The translations under genes were made by a program, and so were the position numbers. From IMG/VR virus record IMGVR_UViG_2541047877_000007: DNA of 47,135 nucleotides; one strand, given 5' to 3'. The notes under the pieces were generated by a model. The model saw only the letters and a list, made by a program, of their open reading frames with translations, had not been told where the DNA came from and did not search any database. This document shows, piece by piece, positions 1-14,030 of this stretch. Origin of the DNA: a virus (Duplodnaviria > Heunggongvirae > Uroviricota > Caudoviricetes). Every line of letters starts with the position of its first letter. Position 1 is the stretch's first letter.

Positions 1-1284
1 TTACAGACTTCTTGAAGGTTGCGCAGCTGTTACAACACGCGGTTGATCTTCCGCGGCATCTTCCAGTGCACTTAAATCACGGTCTCTCACTTCTGGCATT
101 TTCAGCGCAGAGATTAAACCAATCACTGAATATGCCATGATCATAATGGCGATCGGATACCAGGATTCCGTCATGGTGCAGAAAATACCCGCCAGGATAG
201 GACCAAAACCGGAAGCGATAAGACCACCAATTTCTTTAGAAATCGCCATCCGGGTAAAGCGGTTTTTACAGCCGAACATTTCTGCCATGGTAATGTTTTC
301 CAGAGCAAATAATCCCAGCACCGCACAGTTATGAATCACAATCAGTGCAACCATAATGGTGCTCGGGGCATAGCTTTTATCTACGATGATAGAAAGCATT
401 GGCCACGCCAGCACAATCGCAGAGGTATTCATAATAATATACGGGATCCGGCGACCTATTTTATCGGATAACCAACCAAGGAACGGAATGGTCATAAAGC
501 CGAGAATCGAACTGATCATCAATGCATCTGTTGGAATTGCTTTGTTAAACAATAACGTCTGCACTAAATAGCCTGCAAGGAAAGTCTGAATTAAACCGGA
601 GTTACCAGCCTGACCAAAACGCAGCCCTGTTGCCAGCCAGAAGGATTTGCTCTGGAACATGCTACCAGCAGGTGCAGGTTTTGCTGTCGGTTGGTTGCTG
701 TCGTTAACCTTCTCAAAGACCGGGCTTTCTTTCAGATTCATACGCAACCAGATAGCAAAGACCATCACGACAACGCTCGCCAGGAACGGTATACGCCATC
801 CCCACGCAAGCAGTTCCTCTTTACTGAGAATGAAGAACATAAAGGCCCAGATTGCCGTTGCGCTCAAGGTTCCGCAGTTAGTCCCCATAGCAACAAATGA
901 GGAGATAATTCCGCGCTTACCTTTTGGTGCATATTCCGCCAGCATCGTGCCGGCACCGGAAATTTCCGCGCCTGCCCCCAGCCCCTGAATAATACGCAGC
1001 GTCACCAGCAAAATTGGCGCAAACACACCAATTTGTGCATAGGTCGGCAGCACACCAATTAAGGTAGTACAGATCCCCATCATAGTGATGGTAATAAAGA
1101 GCACTTTTTTACGCCCGATTCTGTCGCCCATTTTGCCGAAAATAAATGCTCCGACAATACGCGCCACATAACCTGCACCGTAGGTTCCCATTGCCAGAAT
1201 TAACGCCATTGCCGTTGATGATTCAGGAAAAAATATTTCATGAAACACTAACGCTGCGCCGAGCGAATATAACTGGAAATCCAT
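1..1284 (-). CDS. ydfJ: MFS-family transporter, chromosomal gene flanking the prophage
   Basis: 427-aa ORF whose stop codon is window positions 1-3; many hydrophobic segments and an MFS loop signature (GDRIGRKK). Symbol is from recalled synteny with the K-12 Qin prophage flank, not from a search. Confidence 0.75.
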   Translation of the reverse strand: MDFQLYSLGAALVFHEIFFPESSTAMALILAMGTYGAGYVARIVGAFIFGKMGDRIGRKKVLFITITMMGICTTLIGVLPTYAQIGVFAPILLVTLRIIQGLGAGAEISGAGTMLAEYAPKGKRGIISSFVAMGTNCGTLSATAIWAFMFFILSKEELLAWGWRIPFLASVVVMVFAIWLRMNLKESPVFEKVNDSNQPTAKPAPAGSMFQSKSFWLATGLRFGQAGNSGLIQTFLAGYLVQTLLFNKAIPTDALMISSILGFMTIPFLGWLSDKIGRRIPYIIMNTSAIVLAWPMLSIIVDKSYAPSTIMVALIVIHNCAVLGLFALENITMAEMFGCKNRFTRMAISKEIGGLIASGFGPILAGIFCTMTESWYPIAIMIMAYSVIGLISALKMPEVRDRDLSALEDAAEDQPRVVTAAQPSRSL

Positions 1285-1887
1285 AATTCACAGGTGTTTT
1301 TTCCCATCCTGTGGTTTCCTTGGCGTTTTCTAGGTTTTTTCAGATAGTTGCATTTTTTAAAAAGCATCCTAAGTTCGATCTCAGTGTCTATCTGGGGCCT
1401 ATTTCTGTCCCATATATGCCCCAAAAAAACTCCCCAACAGATAAGTAGTTTTTTCATGGATTTATGCGTAAAATCAAGAACGGCTGGAAATCATTCAATA
1501 CTCACACTATCGAAAAATTTACCAGCCAACCGCAGCACGTTCTTGCATAAGGCGTGTCTGCGGTTTTTCAACTATTCAGATACATCACTCCCATCACATT
1601 CATTCCTCCGCATCAAAGGCATATAGGCTATATCACCTTGATATTTTTCTTCTTCAGATAAAAACTGTTATCTATGTATACTTTTAAACCCAATCCGTGT
1701 AGAGTCTCTGCATAAGATAGTTTGCAGTTGCCGCTTCAGCTTGCGCCATAAACCGCCTGATTTTTGCTGCCACCTGTTAGCATTCCTGTATACCTGAAAC
1801 GACAATGTTTATCTACGAACTTTAAGAACACCCAAGATAAAAATTGTCAACTATATCATATATAACACATTACTAATTCGAGGCTAT

Positions 1888-2001
1888 ATGAACAGCATAC
1901 TGATAATCACTTCTCTCCTTATCATATTCAGCATTTTTAGTCATGCCCTAATAAAATTAGGGATTGGCATATCCAATAACCCAGACAAAACCGATGTATA
2001 A
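1888..2001 (+). CDS. candidate small hydrophobic peptide (37 aa, [37 protein letters not shown])
   Basis: ATG at 1888 with GAGG 6 nt upstream, stop TAA at 1999-2001; hand-translated and verified codon by codon. Lies in an AT-rich gap with no other ORF. Confidence 0.25.
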
Positions 2002-2069
2002 GCCAACATATCCTGAATCAGACATACAATATCGCAATGAAAATCAATAATATTTTAAGGAATATCTTC

Positions 2070-2303
2070 ATGAAATCAAAAGACACCCTAAAGTGGTTCC
2101 CTGCGCAGCTTCCTGAAGTAAGAATTATCCTAGGGGATGCTGTAGTGGAAGTAGCAAAACAGGGAAGACCTATCAATACCAGAACATTGCTTGATTACAT
2201 TGAAGGAAACATAAAGAAAAAATCATGGCTGGATAACAAAGAATTATTACAAACAGCGATATCAGTTCTTAAAGACAACCAAAATTTAAATGGTAAAATG
2301 TAA
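2070..2303 (+). CDS. ydfK: YdfK/YnaE-type small prophage protein (cold-shock-associated family)
   Basis: 77 aa from ATG 2070 with AAGGA RBS 8 nt upstream; the ORF-track start at 2037 is probably an upstream extension. Confidence 0.7.
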   Translation: MKSKDTLKWFPAQLPEVRIILGDAVVEVAKQGRPINTRTLLDYIEGNIKKKSWLDNKELLQTAISVLKDNQNLNGKM

Positions 2304-2619
2304 TATAATAAACTTACTTTTTTATCATTTTTCCACTTTAACAACATTTTGCTCCACTTTTCCACGACCAAACAACTTGAAATCTGGTTAAAATAACACG
2401 CAACACTATTCTTCTTCCTTGAGTCCGCCCGGAACTCGAAAAACAAACCGAGTTAAAGCCATTTTTCACAAAATCGATTTTGGGTCTCACCAAAATTACG
2501 GGGTTGCATACGCATTCGTTTATTTTCGAACGTGTACATACAAATATGTACAAAAATAATCAAAATTATTTTCTGAGATGCATTATGATATGAACACCAA
2601 TTTCGTATAGAATCTCACT

Positions 2620-3210
2620 ATGTCTCGAATTTTTGCTTACTGTCGGATATCAACGCTGGATCAGACCACCGAAAATCAACGCCGGGAAATCGAAAGTGCA
2701 GGTTTTAAAATCAAACCTCAGCAAATAATCGAAGAACACATTAGCGGCTCAGCAGCAACCAGTGAGCGTCCTGGTTTTAACCGGTTGCTTGCTCGCCTGA
2801 AATGTGGTGATCAATTGATTGTGACAAAACTGGATCGCCTTGGTTGTAATGCAATGGATATCAGGAAAACAGTGGAACAACTGACCGAAACAGGTATCAG
2901 AGTGCATTGCTTAGCATTGGGGGGCATTGACCTGACCAGTCCAACAGGAAAAATGATGATGCAAGTAATTTCAGCAGTCGCTGAATTTGAACGAGACCTT
3001 TTACTTGAACGCACTCATTCCGGGATAGTAAGAGCCCGCGGCGCAGGGAAACGTTTTGGTCGACCACCTGTGTTAAATGAAGAACAGAAACAGGTGGTAT
3101 TCGAACGAATTAAGTCAGGTGTAAGTATAAGTGCCATTGCCCGGGAATTCAAAACCTCGCGGCAAACCATTTTAAGAGCCAAAGCAAAACTTCAGACACC
3201 TGACATATAA
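2620..3210 (+). CDS. pin: serine-recombinase DNA invertase (Pin/Gin/Hin family)
   Basis: 196 aa; N-terminal catalytic-serine motif ([10 protein letters not shown]) and C-terminal HTH; sits next to tail-fibre genes as in Mu/P1/e14-type systems. Confidence 0.9.
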
Positions 3211-3307
3211 AAAATAATCTCGGTGTGAGATGCTTTACGTCTTCCAAGCCCCCTTCCTTGCCGTAAATGGAAAGATACATCTAATTATAGAATTTATATG
3301 TTTTACC

Positions 3308-3883
3308 CTACGGCAGTGCTGGCCATTCAATATCCTGTGCAGTTGACGTATCAACACGGTTCAGCAATACCCGATACTTTTTCCATGCTTCCAGCAACGA
3401 GATTTCTTCCTCCGTTGCAATTTCCAGATCTGCAGCATCCTGAAGCGGCGCAATATGCTCACTGGCTACCTGCATCAGGTTGTTTTTTGTTTCTTCCGCC
3501 TCCCGGATCCGGAACAGTTTTTCTGCTTCCGTATCCTTCACCCAGGCTGTGCCGTTCCACTTCTGAAACTCCCCTTCCGGGGATAACCAGGTGACATTTT
3601 CCGGTAATGGGCCAAGTTCAGAAATAAATAACGCGTCGCCGGAAGCCACGTCATAGACGGTTTTACCCCGATGATCTTCAACGAGATGCCACGATGCCTC
3701 ATCACTGTTGAAAACAGCCACGAAGCCAGCCGGAATATCTGGCGGTGCAATATCGGTACTGTTTGCTGGCAGACCTGTATGAGGCGGAATATATGCGTCA
3801 CCTTCACCAATAAATTCATTAGTTCCTGCCAGCAGATTATAAATTTTTATGGTCCGTGGTTGTTCACTCATTCTGAATGCCAT
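3308..3883 (-). CDS. tfa: tail fiber assembly protein Tfa
   Basis: 191 aa, N-terminus [24 protein letters not shown] matches recalled lambda Tfa; start overlaps the stf stop. Confidence 0.9.
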   Translation of the reverse strand: MAFRMSEQPRTIKIYNLLAGTNEFIGEGDAYIPPHTGLPANSTDIAPPDIPAGFVAVFNSDEASWHLVEDHRGKTVYDVASGDALFISELGPLPENVTWLSPEGEFQKWNGTAWVKDTEAEKLFRIREAEETKNNLMQVASEHIAPLQDAADLEIATEEEISLLEAWKKYRVLLNRVDTSTAQDIEWPALP

Positions 3884-6798
3884 TATGCAAGCCTCACAAT
3901 GTAGTTAAATGCGATGTTTTTGACAGTGTTTTCCGCGTTACCAGCAGCGTTAACGGTGATGGTGTGTCCATGTGAGCCAATCGCAACAGAGTGCGTATGA
4001 GCACCAATACCGACAGTATGTGCGTGAGCACCTGCAGATGCAGCTGTGCCGCTGACACTATGAGTGTGCGCTCCTGCAGCACTTGTATTCACACTGGCCG
4101 CAGACACTACCTTATGTACTGACCCATTTTGTGACCACTGGCTGACTGCTGATGCGCCTGTGACACTATGAGTATGGTTTCCGGCACTTGCGGCTGTACC
4201 GCTCACACTGTGCGTATGCGCCCCGGTGTTATTCGTGGATTTAGTGCCGTAATCAAACGACGATGTGGTTTTCGTCCCCAAATCCGTACTGGATGCACTG
4301 GCGCTGTGGGTGTGCGATTTAATGCCGTCCTGTTCCTGAGACAATACGGCCCGACCACTGGCAGGTTTGCCCTTAATCGTCCAGCCACGCATATCAGGGA
4401 TCACGCCTGACGGATAAGCGGTTGCAAGTTTCGGGTAAGCGGATTTGTCAAAAGTCTGCCCCTGCATCAGGGCATAACCAGACGGAACGGTATCTGATGG
4501 CCACGGGATTGGTGCGCCAGGCGGATAAAACTGCTCTGATGGCGTATAGAGTGAATAAACTGTACCGTCCGTTAACCCTTCCGGCTTATTAGCAGAATAT
4601 GCTGGTGACGTATGAATAGTCACGCTGGCATTACTGGTATAATCCCATTGAATATTTACACCAGTCGCATAATTTCCGATTGCAACGTAAATATCGTAAG
4701 TATCACCAGATGTATTGACCCAGGCAAAATTTGTAAACCCTGTCGATGTGCGCTGCCATAAAGCACCAGTAATCCCCTTCGGATTACCATTACCTGCACG
4801 CAAAACAAGTTCAGATATACCTGCCTGTTGAGGTGACCCCACGTTAAATCCCGCGCCACCAATCAACGTAATTGAAACAACAGAACTCGCCTGTGGCATG
4901 GTTACCGTTGCTAATTTGAACCAACCAGCACCACCGCTGAATGACATTGTTGTTGAGTTAAGCGTACCAATATCTTTCGGCGTCAGTGTTATATCCGCTG
5001 AAAGCGCCTTACCATTCACCTTACGGGCAGAAGGTACCCGACCATTCGCATTATCATTAGCTGCTTTCACTGCTTTCGGTGTCGCGGCAAGCGTTTCAGA
5101 TGCGCTGTTGGTTGCACTACTGAGCTGGACAATTCCTTTTTGTGCTGTCGTAGCGTCCTGAGCAGTATATTTCCCGTTAGCAAGGTCATAGGCTGCCTTT
5201 ACCGACTTTGGCGTTGCCGCCAGCATTTCAGATGTGCTGTTGGTCGCGCTGCTGAGCTGAACTATCCCTTTTTGTGCTGTCGTTGCATCCTGTGCGGTGT
5301 ATTTCCCGTTAGCCAGCTCATACGCGGCCTTAACGGCTTTTGGCGTTGCCGCCAGTGACTCGGAAGTGCTGTTAGTCGCACTGCTGAGCTGTACTATCCC
5401 CTTTTTCGTCGTGCTCGCATCCTCAAGCGCCACGGCGGATGCAATATCCTCTGCCCGTTTTGCCGCTGTCTCGGCGCGCGTTGCCGCGGATTCCGCCGTA
5501 CTTTTGCTCTGAGCTGCCGCCGTCGCACTGCCAGCTGCCTCTGTCGCCTTCGTGGATGCCGTCGTGGCGCTGCCCTTTGCTGCTGACGCCTGTCTGGTCG
5601 CCTCATCTTTTGAAGCAGACGCAGATGATGCCGATGACGCCGCCGAACTGGCGGACGATGCGGCAGCCGTTTTTGAGGATTCTGCGCTGGTTTCCGACGC
5701 TTTCGCGTTCGTCTCGGATGTCTTCGCTGCGGAAGCAGACCTCGCTGCTGCGCTGGCCTGTTCAGTGGCTTCGCCAGCCTTCGTTGTGGCTGTTGAAGCG
5801 GACGATGCGGCGCTTTCTGCCGATTTTCCGGCAGCGGTGGCACTGGCTGAGGCCTGCCCGGCACTTGTTGACGCGGCACTGGCAGACGACGCAGCCGCTG
5901 TTTTTGAGCCTGCCGCAGCTGAGGCGCTCTGTCCCGCTGCCGTCTCAGAAGACCTGGCGTTCGTCTCGGACGTTTTTGCCGCCTTCGCGGAATTTGCTGC
6001 CGCCGTTGCCGAGGAAGCTGCGCTACTGGCGCTCGAGGATGCGTTCGTTTCTGATGATTTTGCCGCCTCTTTTGAAGCCGACGCATCCCGGGCTGAGGTG
6101 GCAGCTTCTGACGCTTTCGTGGTCGCGGTGGATGCAGAAGTGGCGGCTGATTGTTGTGACGCTGCAGCATTCGTTTCTGACGTTTTCGCGGCAGCGGCAC
6201 TGGTAGCTGCCGCGCTTTTTGAGGACTCTGCAGCGGCAGCACTTTTTTCCGCTTCAGTGGCCTTTGTTGATGCCGTTCCTGCGCTGGAAGACGCTGACTG
6301 AGCCGACGAAGCGGCCTGTCCGGCTGACGTGCTGGCTGCACGTGCTGAATCTGCAGCATCAGTCGCATGGGTTGCCGCCTCACGGGCAGATGTGCCGGCA
6401 TCACTGGCTGACTTCTTCGCGGCTGCCGTGTTCTGTGCCACCACGGACGCGTTACGCGCCACCTCTTCCACCATCTGTTCAAAACGGCGCAGTGCCTCCG
6501 GACGGGCATCATCCTCCGTCATGGCACCGAGAAAATCATTCAGCGTACCGGGTTGAGAATCTTCATACACGGTGATGGTCCCGGCATGTGACGGCGGGAA
6601 TCCTTCCACCAACAGAATAACGCTGTACTGCCCGTACTCAACGTCCATGCTGTAACGCCCGGCTTCATCCGGATTTTCTGAGGCCAGCGTGTTCACCACC
6701 ACCGTGGTGCTGTTACGTTTTGCTTTCAGCTGGATTGTGCAGTTCTGTACCGGTTTTCCTGTGCCGTCTTTCAGTACACCTGAAATCTTTACTGCCAT
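3883..6798 (-). CDS. stf: side tail fiber protein Stf
   Basis: N-terminus [16 protein letters not shown] as in lambda Stf; long Ala/Ser/Thr-rich shaft; three tandem 41-aa repeats; His-rich C-terminal repeats. Start taken at ATG 6798 with GGGGTGA RBS; the track extends to a non-ATG codon at 6804. Confidence 0.9.
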   Translation of the reverse strand: MAVKISGVLKDGTGKPVQNCTIQLKAKRNSTTVVVNTLASENPDEAGRYSMDVEYGQYSVILLVEGFPPSHAGTITVYEDSQPGTLNDFLGAMTEDDARPEALRRFEQMVEEVARNASVVAQNTAAAKKSASDAGTSAREAATHATDAADSARAASTSAGQAASSAQSASSSAGTASTKATEAEKSAAAAESSKSAAATSAAAAKTSETNAAASQQSAATSASTATTKASEAATSARDASASKEAAKSSETNASSSASSAASSATAAANSAKAAKTSETNARSSETAAGQSASAAAGSKTAAASSASAASTSAGQASASATAAGKSAESAASSASTATTKAGEATEQASAAARSASAAKTSETNAKASETSAESSKTAAASSASSAASSASSASASKDEATRQASAAKGSATTASTKATEAAGSATAAAQSKSTAESAATRAETAAKRAEDIASAVALEDASTTKKGIVQLSSATNSTSESLAATPKAVKAAYELANGKYTAQDATTAQKGIVQLSSATNSTSEMLAATPKSVKAAYDLANGKYTAQDATTAQKGIVQLSSATNSASETLAATPKAVKAANDNANGRVPSARKVNGKALSADITLTPKDIGTLNSTTMSFSGGAGWFKLATVTMPQASSVVSITLIGGAGFNVGSPQQAGISELVLRAGNGNPKGITGALWQRTSTGFTNFAWVNTSGDTYDIYVAIGNYATGVNIQWDYTSNASVTIHTSPAYSANKPEGLTDGTVYSLYTPSEQFYPPGAPIPWPSDTVPSGYALMQGQTFDKSAYPKLATAYPSGVIPDMRGWTIKGKPASGRAVLSQEQDGIKSHTHSASASSTDLGTKTTSSFDYGTKSTNNTGAHTHSVSGTAASAGNHTHSVTGASAVSQWSQNGSVHKVVSAASVNTSAAGAHTHSVSGTAASAGAHAHTVGIGAHTHSVAIGSHGHTITVNAAGNAENTVKNIAFNYIVRLA
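5050..5425. repeat. three tandem coding repeats of about 123 bp inside stf
   Basis: Three near-identical DNA units, each encoding [15 protein letters not shown](S/M/T)LAATPK(A/S)[19 protein letters not shown]. Confidence 0.8.
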
Positions 6799-6809
6799 AT
6801 TCACCCCAC

Positions 6810-6835
6810 AAAAAAGCCCGCCTGAACCGGCGGGC
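6810..6835 (-). terminator. rho-independent terminator between lom and stf
   Basis: GC hairpin gcccgcc-tgaacc-ggcgggc followed on the minus strand by a T-run that abuts the stf RBS. Confidence 0.5.
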
Positions 6836-6862
6836 TGTCATAACACTGTGTTACCTGGCTAA

Positions 6863-7462
6863 TCAGAACTTATAACCGACACCCACGATGAAACCGTCAG
6901 TGCGCCAGTCGCCACTGCCGGAGCCTTCATAAGCAATATCAATGGCCACGGATTCGGTCGGGTTAAACTGCACGCCAGCTCCCCACGCCAGAGACGTGTT
7001 GCTGTGGCGACCGTCATCACTTCCGGTCAGCACGTCGTGCGTTTTCCCCTTGTTGTCAGTTACGCGGAGATAATCCCCGGAGAAAGTCGACACACGGCTG
7101 TAAGCCATACCCGCCATCGCATACGCGCTGAACCATTCATTCACGCGCACAGACGGCCCCACCATCACGCTGAACCAGCGGTTACGCACGGAATCTTCAT
7201 GCCAGCGGGTATCGCTGTAACGGGTAAGCTGGCGATTCTTGTCTCCTGCATAGCTGAATGACGTCACCAGCCCCAGTGTGTCCGTAAACTCATAACGGTA
7301 TTTCACGTTAATCCCGTTCAGATCATCACTGCCGGGAACGTTCGTCCGGGCATGAAGATACCCCGCGCTCAGCGTGGACTGATGTTCAGACGCCCATGCA
7401 GGCGCACCGGATACGGCCAGACAAATGGCTGCGGACAAAATGGCGGCATAAAGTTTACGCAT
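6863..7462 (-). CDS. lom: outer-membrane protein Lom (Ail/Lom family)
   Basis: Signal peptide [24 protein letters not shown] then beta-barrel-like sequence ending YKF; start at ATG 7462 inside the longer track ORF. Confidence 0.85.
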
Positions 7463-7539
7463 AATTACCTCTCGCTTTTCTGCAATAATAAATATCCTCC
7501 GGCATAGCCGGAGGTTTTTCAAATGCGCCTATAAGGCTC

Positions 7540-8235
7540 TCTTACCAGCCGCGCCCTAACAGGCGCACACGATCTGACATTTGCATCCAACTTCGTTACT
7601 TACGGCCCGTAAACGGGCTGCCCGGATAGGGAATCGATAACTGCTCTCCCATTTTATCCTCTTCAAGCTGGTGCTTTATGTAATCCTGTATCTTCGCCGT
7701 GTTCTTACCCACTGTATCGACGTAGTACCCTCTGCACCAGAACTCCCTGTTCCTGTATTTGAATTTCAAATCACCAAACTGCTCGTAAAGCATCAGACTG
7801 CTTTTCCCTTTCAGATATCCCATAAACCCGGATACGCTCATTTTAGGCGGGATCTCCACAAGCATATGGATATGATCTGCACAGCATTCAGCTTCCAGAA
7901 TCCGTACGCTTTTCCACTCACACAGCTTTCTCAAAATACTGCCTATTGCTCTACGCTTCTCTCTGTAGAACACCTGTCTTCGGTATTTTGGCGCAAAAAC
8001 TATGTGATATTTACAGTTCCATCGGGTGTGCGCTAAGCTCTTTTCGTTCCCCATTGGGACCCCCTTTTGATTTCTTGTTTGACACTTGCAGTTGCCAGAC
8101 CGCAAGGTGTTTTAACAAATCAAAAGGGGTTTTAATAACTGGCTCAAAGCTGAAAGCTTTCCGGAACCCCCAGCCTAGCTGGGGGTTTTCTGTGCACAAA
8201 AAAGGCGTCATTTCTGACGCCCGTTCTGGGTTATA
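7540..8235. mobile_element. IS200-type insertion sequence (IS200/IS605 family) between J and lom; boundaries approximate
   Basis: About 700 bp carrying only a Y1 transposase gene; end region has a 13-bp inverted repeat (ccccttttgattt / aaatcaaaagggg) overlapping the transposase RBS plus two further hairpins (8166-8186, 8204-8221), matching the known IS200 left-end organisation. Confidence 0.6.
7596..8054 (-). CDS. tnpA: IS200/IS605-family Y1 (HUH) transposase TnpA
   Basis: 152 aa from ATG 8054; HUH motif (HIHMLVEIPP) and typical IS200 TnpA size. Confidence 0.85.
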   Translation of the reverse strand: MGNEKSLAHTRWNCKYHIVFAPKYRRQVFYREKRRAIGSILRKLCEWKSVRILEAECCADHIHMLVEIPPKMSVSGFMGYLKGKSSLMLYEQFGDLKFKYRNREFWCRGYYVDTVGKNTAKIQDYIKHQLEEDKMGEQLSIPYPGSPFTGRK

Positions 8236-8239
8236 AAAT

Positions 8240-11641
<3,402 letters not shown>

Positions 11642-11698
11642 TCACGCTCCATAAACGATAAAACCGCCCGGAGGCGGTTTCACATAAAACATTTTGCA

Positions 11699-12346
11699 TC
11701 AGCGACCAATCACCACAACCTGACCACCATCCCCTTCGTCTGCCGTGCTGATCTCCTGAGAAACCACACGTGACCCCACGCGCATTTCACCGTACAGAAC
11801 AGGCAGAACATTGCCCTGGGCAACCATGTTATCCAGTGAGGAGAAATAGGTGTTCTGTTTGCCGTTATCTGTACTGGCTGCCGTGGGCGTCCTGGCTTTC
11901 GGTGCCAGCATCTGCGCCACTCCGCCCAGGATCATACTGGCCCCTGCCGCATACATGCCCGATACAGCCGCGGCCCCCAGCCAGCCCACAGGGTTCCACC
12001 ATGCCACCGCAATCAGCGCCGCCCCAAGCACCACCTGAAACACACCGCCACTTTTAGCTCCCGCCAGACGCGGCACGATGTGGATCACGGCACCATTTGC
12101 CAGCGGCTCATTAAGACGGGCAGATAATTCATTTTCGCCTGCATCACGCCCGGCAATGCGCACCTGATACCAGCCCTCATTCAGTTTCTGACGAAACACC
12201 GGGAGCTGTGTGGCCAGTGCCCGGATGGCTTCAGCCCCCGTTTTCACACGAAGGTCGATACGGCGACCAAATCGTTGCAAATCCCCGTAAAGGCAGATGC
12301 GTGCCATGCCCGGTGACGCCAGAGGGAGTGTGTGCGTCGCTGCCAT
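11699..12346 (-). CDS. I: tail assembly protein I
   Basis: 215 aa, MAATHTLPLASPGMARICLYGDLQRFGRR matches recalled lambda I; overlaps the end of K. Confidence 0.9.
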   Translation of the reverse strand: MAATHTLPLASPGMARICLYGDLQRFGRRIDLRVKTGAEAIRALATQLPVFRQKLNEGWYQVRIAGRDAGENELSARLNEPLANGAVIHIVPRLAGAKSGGVFQVVLGAALIAVAWWNPVGWLGAAAVSGMYAAGASMILGGVAQMLAPKARTPTAASTDNGKQNTYFSSLDNMVAQGNVLPVLYGEMRVGSRVVSQEISTADEGDGGQVVVIGR

Positions 12347-12996
12347 TTGTCGGTGTACCTCTCTCGTTTACTCAGTTGTTCAGGAATATGGTGCAGCAGC
12401 TCGCCGTCGCCACAGTAAATGGCGGCATGATTCGGCACCGATGAACCAAAACAGCACAGCAGCACATCGCCCGGCTGGGCCGCTGACAACGGCACCTGAT
12501 ACAACCCCGTTGCCTCCATATTATCCAGATAGAGATTCTGGCCGTGACGCCACCAGTCATCCCCGCGATGAAAATCCGGCATCTCAATTCCCGCCAGATG
12601 GTAAGCGTCCCGGAACAGCGTGTAACAGTCCGTCACCCCGTGCTCAAAGCGCCGCCCGGTGAGATGCGGCACACAGCGGAATTTATGAATCGCCCCCCGG
12701 CAGACCAGCCACCACGGCAAATCACTCTGCACCTGCAGCCGCCGGTCGGCCTCACTCAGCCAGGGCAGACCACCGGGGTGGCTGTGGACCAGCGCCACAA
12801 TCTCTCCCTGCATTTCTGCACTCAGCCAGTCCTCCGGCGACATCCGGAAATACGCCTCCGGCTCACCAGAGATATTCACGCAGGGAAAATATCTTTCCCC
12901 CTCCGGTGTTCTCACCACGAAGCCGCACGACTCCGCTGGCGCACATCGCCGGGCGTGCGCCAGAATCGCTGATTCTGTCTCTGTCATGGGATTCAC
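12244..12996 (-). CDS. K: tail assembly protein K (JAB/MPN plus NlpC/P60 domains)
   Basis: 250 aa; JAMM-like motif (VHSHPGGLPWLSEAD) and NlpC/P60-like Cys region; lambda K-like sequence. Confidence 0.9.
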   Translation of the reverse strand: MNPMTETESAILAHARRCAPAESCGFVVRTPEGERYFPCVNISGEPEAYFRMSPEDWLSAEMQGEIVALVHSHPGGLPWLSEADRRLQVQSDLPWWLVCRGAIHKFRCVPHLTGRRFEHGVTDCYTLFRDAYHLAGIEMPDFHRGDDWWRHGQNLYLDNMEATGLYQVPLSAAQPGDVLLCCFGSSVPNHAAIYCGDGELLHHIPEQLSKRERYTDKWQRRTHSLWRHRAWHASAFTGICNDLVAVSTFV

Positions 12997-13691
12997 TGCG
13001 AAAGTTTGTTAATGGAAAGGAAGCCGCCAAAGTTGCCGACGTTATTGCGAAACTTACAGCCGCTCAGGCATTTGCTGCATTTATCCTTCGTGATATCGGA
13101 CGTCGGCTGATCATATTCATCCGCGACCGCCGGACCGTGATAACCGCACTCGTCACCGCGATAGGTCCAGGTGCAGGTGTTGGCCAGCATGATGCGCCCC
13201 GGAAAAACGGCACCGTCCGTTTCCGTCGGCGTGGACAGTACAAAAGAGGCACTCACCGCGCTCAGTTCGCTGCACTGCTCGATGCGCCAGCGGCTGATCA
13301 CCTCCTGCTCAGGATCGGCGTCACTGTTTCCGTTGACGAAGTTCACCGCATCCAGAAAACGGGCGTAAACCTTACGCCTGACCACCGTTCCGCCGACCAG
13401 ACTCTGCAGATCTTCCGCCATCCCGGTGACCATGCCGTGCAGGTTAGAAACCGTCAGTGTCGGACGGGCAGCACTGCCCTTGCCATTCAGTTCAAATCCC
13501 GTCCCCTGAATGGGGTATGCCTGATACTGCCGCCCCTGCCAGGTAACCGGCTCACCTTTTTCGTTCTGCTCATTACAGAAAAAATAACGTTCACCACCGA
13601 CCTCTGTCAGATCGATTTCCCAGAGCACCACCTGGGCTGACTGAGTGAGGCGTGTCGTCTCATGATGTGTTTCCTGTGGAATATCCTGCAT
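12993..13691 (-). CDS. L: minor tail protein L
   Basis: 232 aa; lambda L-like, with C-terminal cysteine cluster (CSKCLSGCKF). Confidence 0.9.
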   Translation of the reverse strand: MQDIPQETHHETTRLTQSAQVVLWEIDLTEVGGERYFFCNEQNEKGEPVTWQGRQYQAYPIQGTGFELNGKGSAARPTLTVSNLHGMVTGMAEDLQSLVGGTVVRRKVYARFLDAVNFVNGNSDADPEQEVISRWRIEQCSELSAVSASFVLSTPTETDGAVFPGRIMLANTCTWTYRGDECGYHGPAVADEYDQPTSDITKDKCSKCLSGCKFRNNVGNFGGFLSINKLSQ

Positions 13692-13700
13692 CAGAGCCTC

Positions 13701-14030
13701 CTATGCCACGACCTGTTCAAAATCTGCCGTTATGGTTACCCACAACGCCCCCACGCTTGCCGACCATTTACGACAAACCACCCTGATCGGCTTCCAGTCA
13801 TAAGGTGGCGTCCACTGAAATGCGCGGACGCCACCGTGCCGTTCCAGAAAGGCTTTTAAAGATGGGTGTTCACATTTACGAACACGTATCGTCACGCTGT
13901 AAGTCGACAACTGGTTATTCAGTCCCGCCGCACGACGCTGTTCATAACCATCGCCAAGCTTCACTGTCACCACTTTCGGCTCTGATACCACATTCATATC
14001 CGGGCGCACTTTCCAGTGAAACGTCTCCAT
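13701..14030 (-). CDS. M: minor tail protein M
   Basis: 109 aa in the lambda M position with matching size. Confidence 0.85.
   Translation of the reverse strand: METFHWKVRPDMNVVSEPKVVTVKLGDGYEQRRAAGLNNQLSTYSVTIRVRKCEHPSLKAFLERHGGVRAFQWTPPYDWKPIRVVCRKWSASVGALWVTITADFEQVVA

Noticed and set aside
1348-1626. 92-aa plus-strand ORF in the gap upstream of the transporter gene
   Set aside because: No RBS, odd composition, and it overlaps the likely promoter region of the divergent transporter gene.
5050-5425. Possible CRISPR-like repeat array
   Set aside because: The repeats are about 123 bp, directly tandem without spacers, and in frame within stf; they are protein repeats.
5394-6512. Long ORFs in other frames inside stf (372-aa Arg/Pro-rich on the minus strand; 249-aa and 255-aa on the plus strand)
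   Set aside because: They lie entirely within the Ala/Ser-rich low-complexity part of stf, and their compositions (poly-Arg/Pro/Gln, poly-Ala/Asp) are what alternative frames of GC-rich repetitive codons produce.
7496-7520. Hairpin cctccggc-ata-gccggagg followed by TTTTT on the plus strand, upstream of lom
   Set aside because: It looks like a terminator but faces a strand with no upstream gene; it may be the right end of the IS200-type element or a bidirectional element, and I could not decide.
12906-13640. 244-aa plus-strand ORF antisense to L and K
   Set aside because: Antisense to well-supported tail genes; composition typical of a shadow frame.
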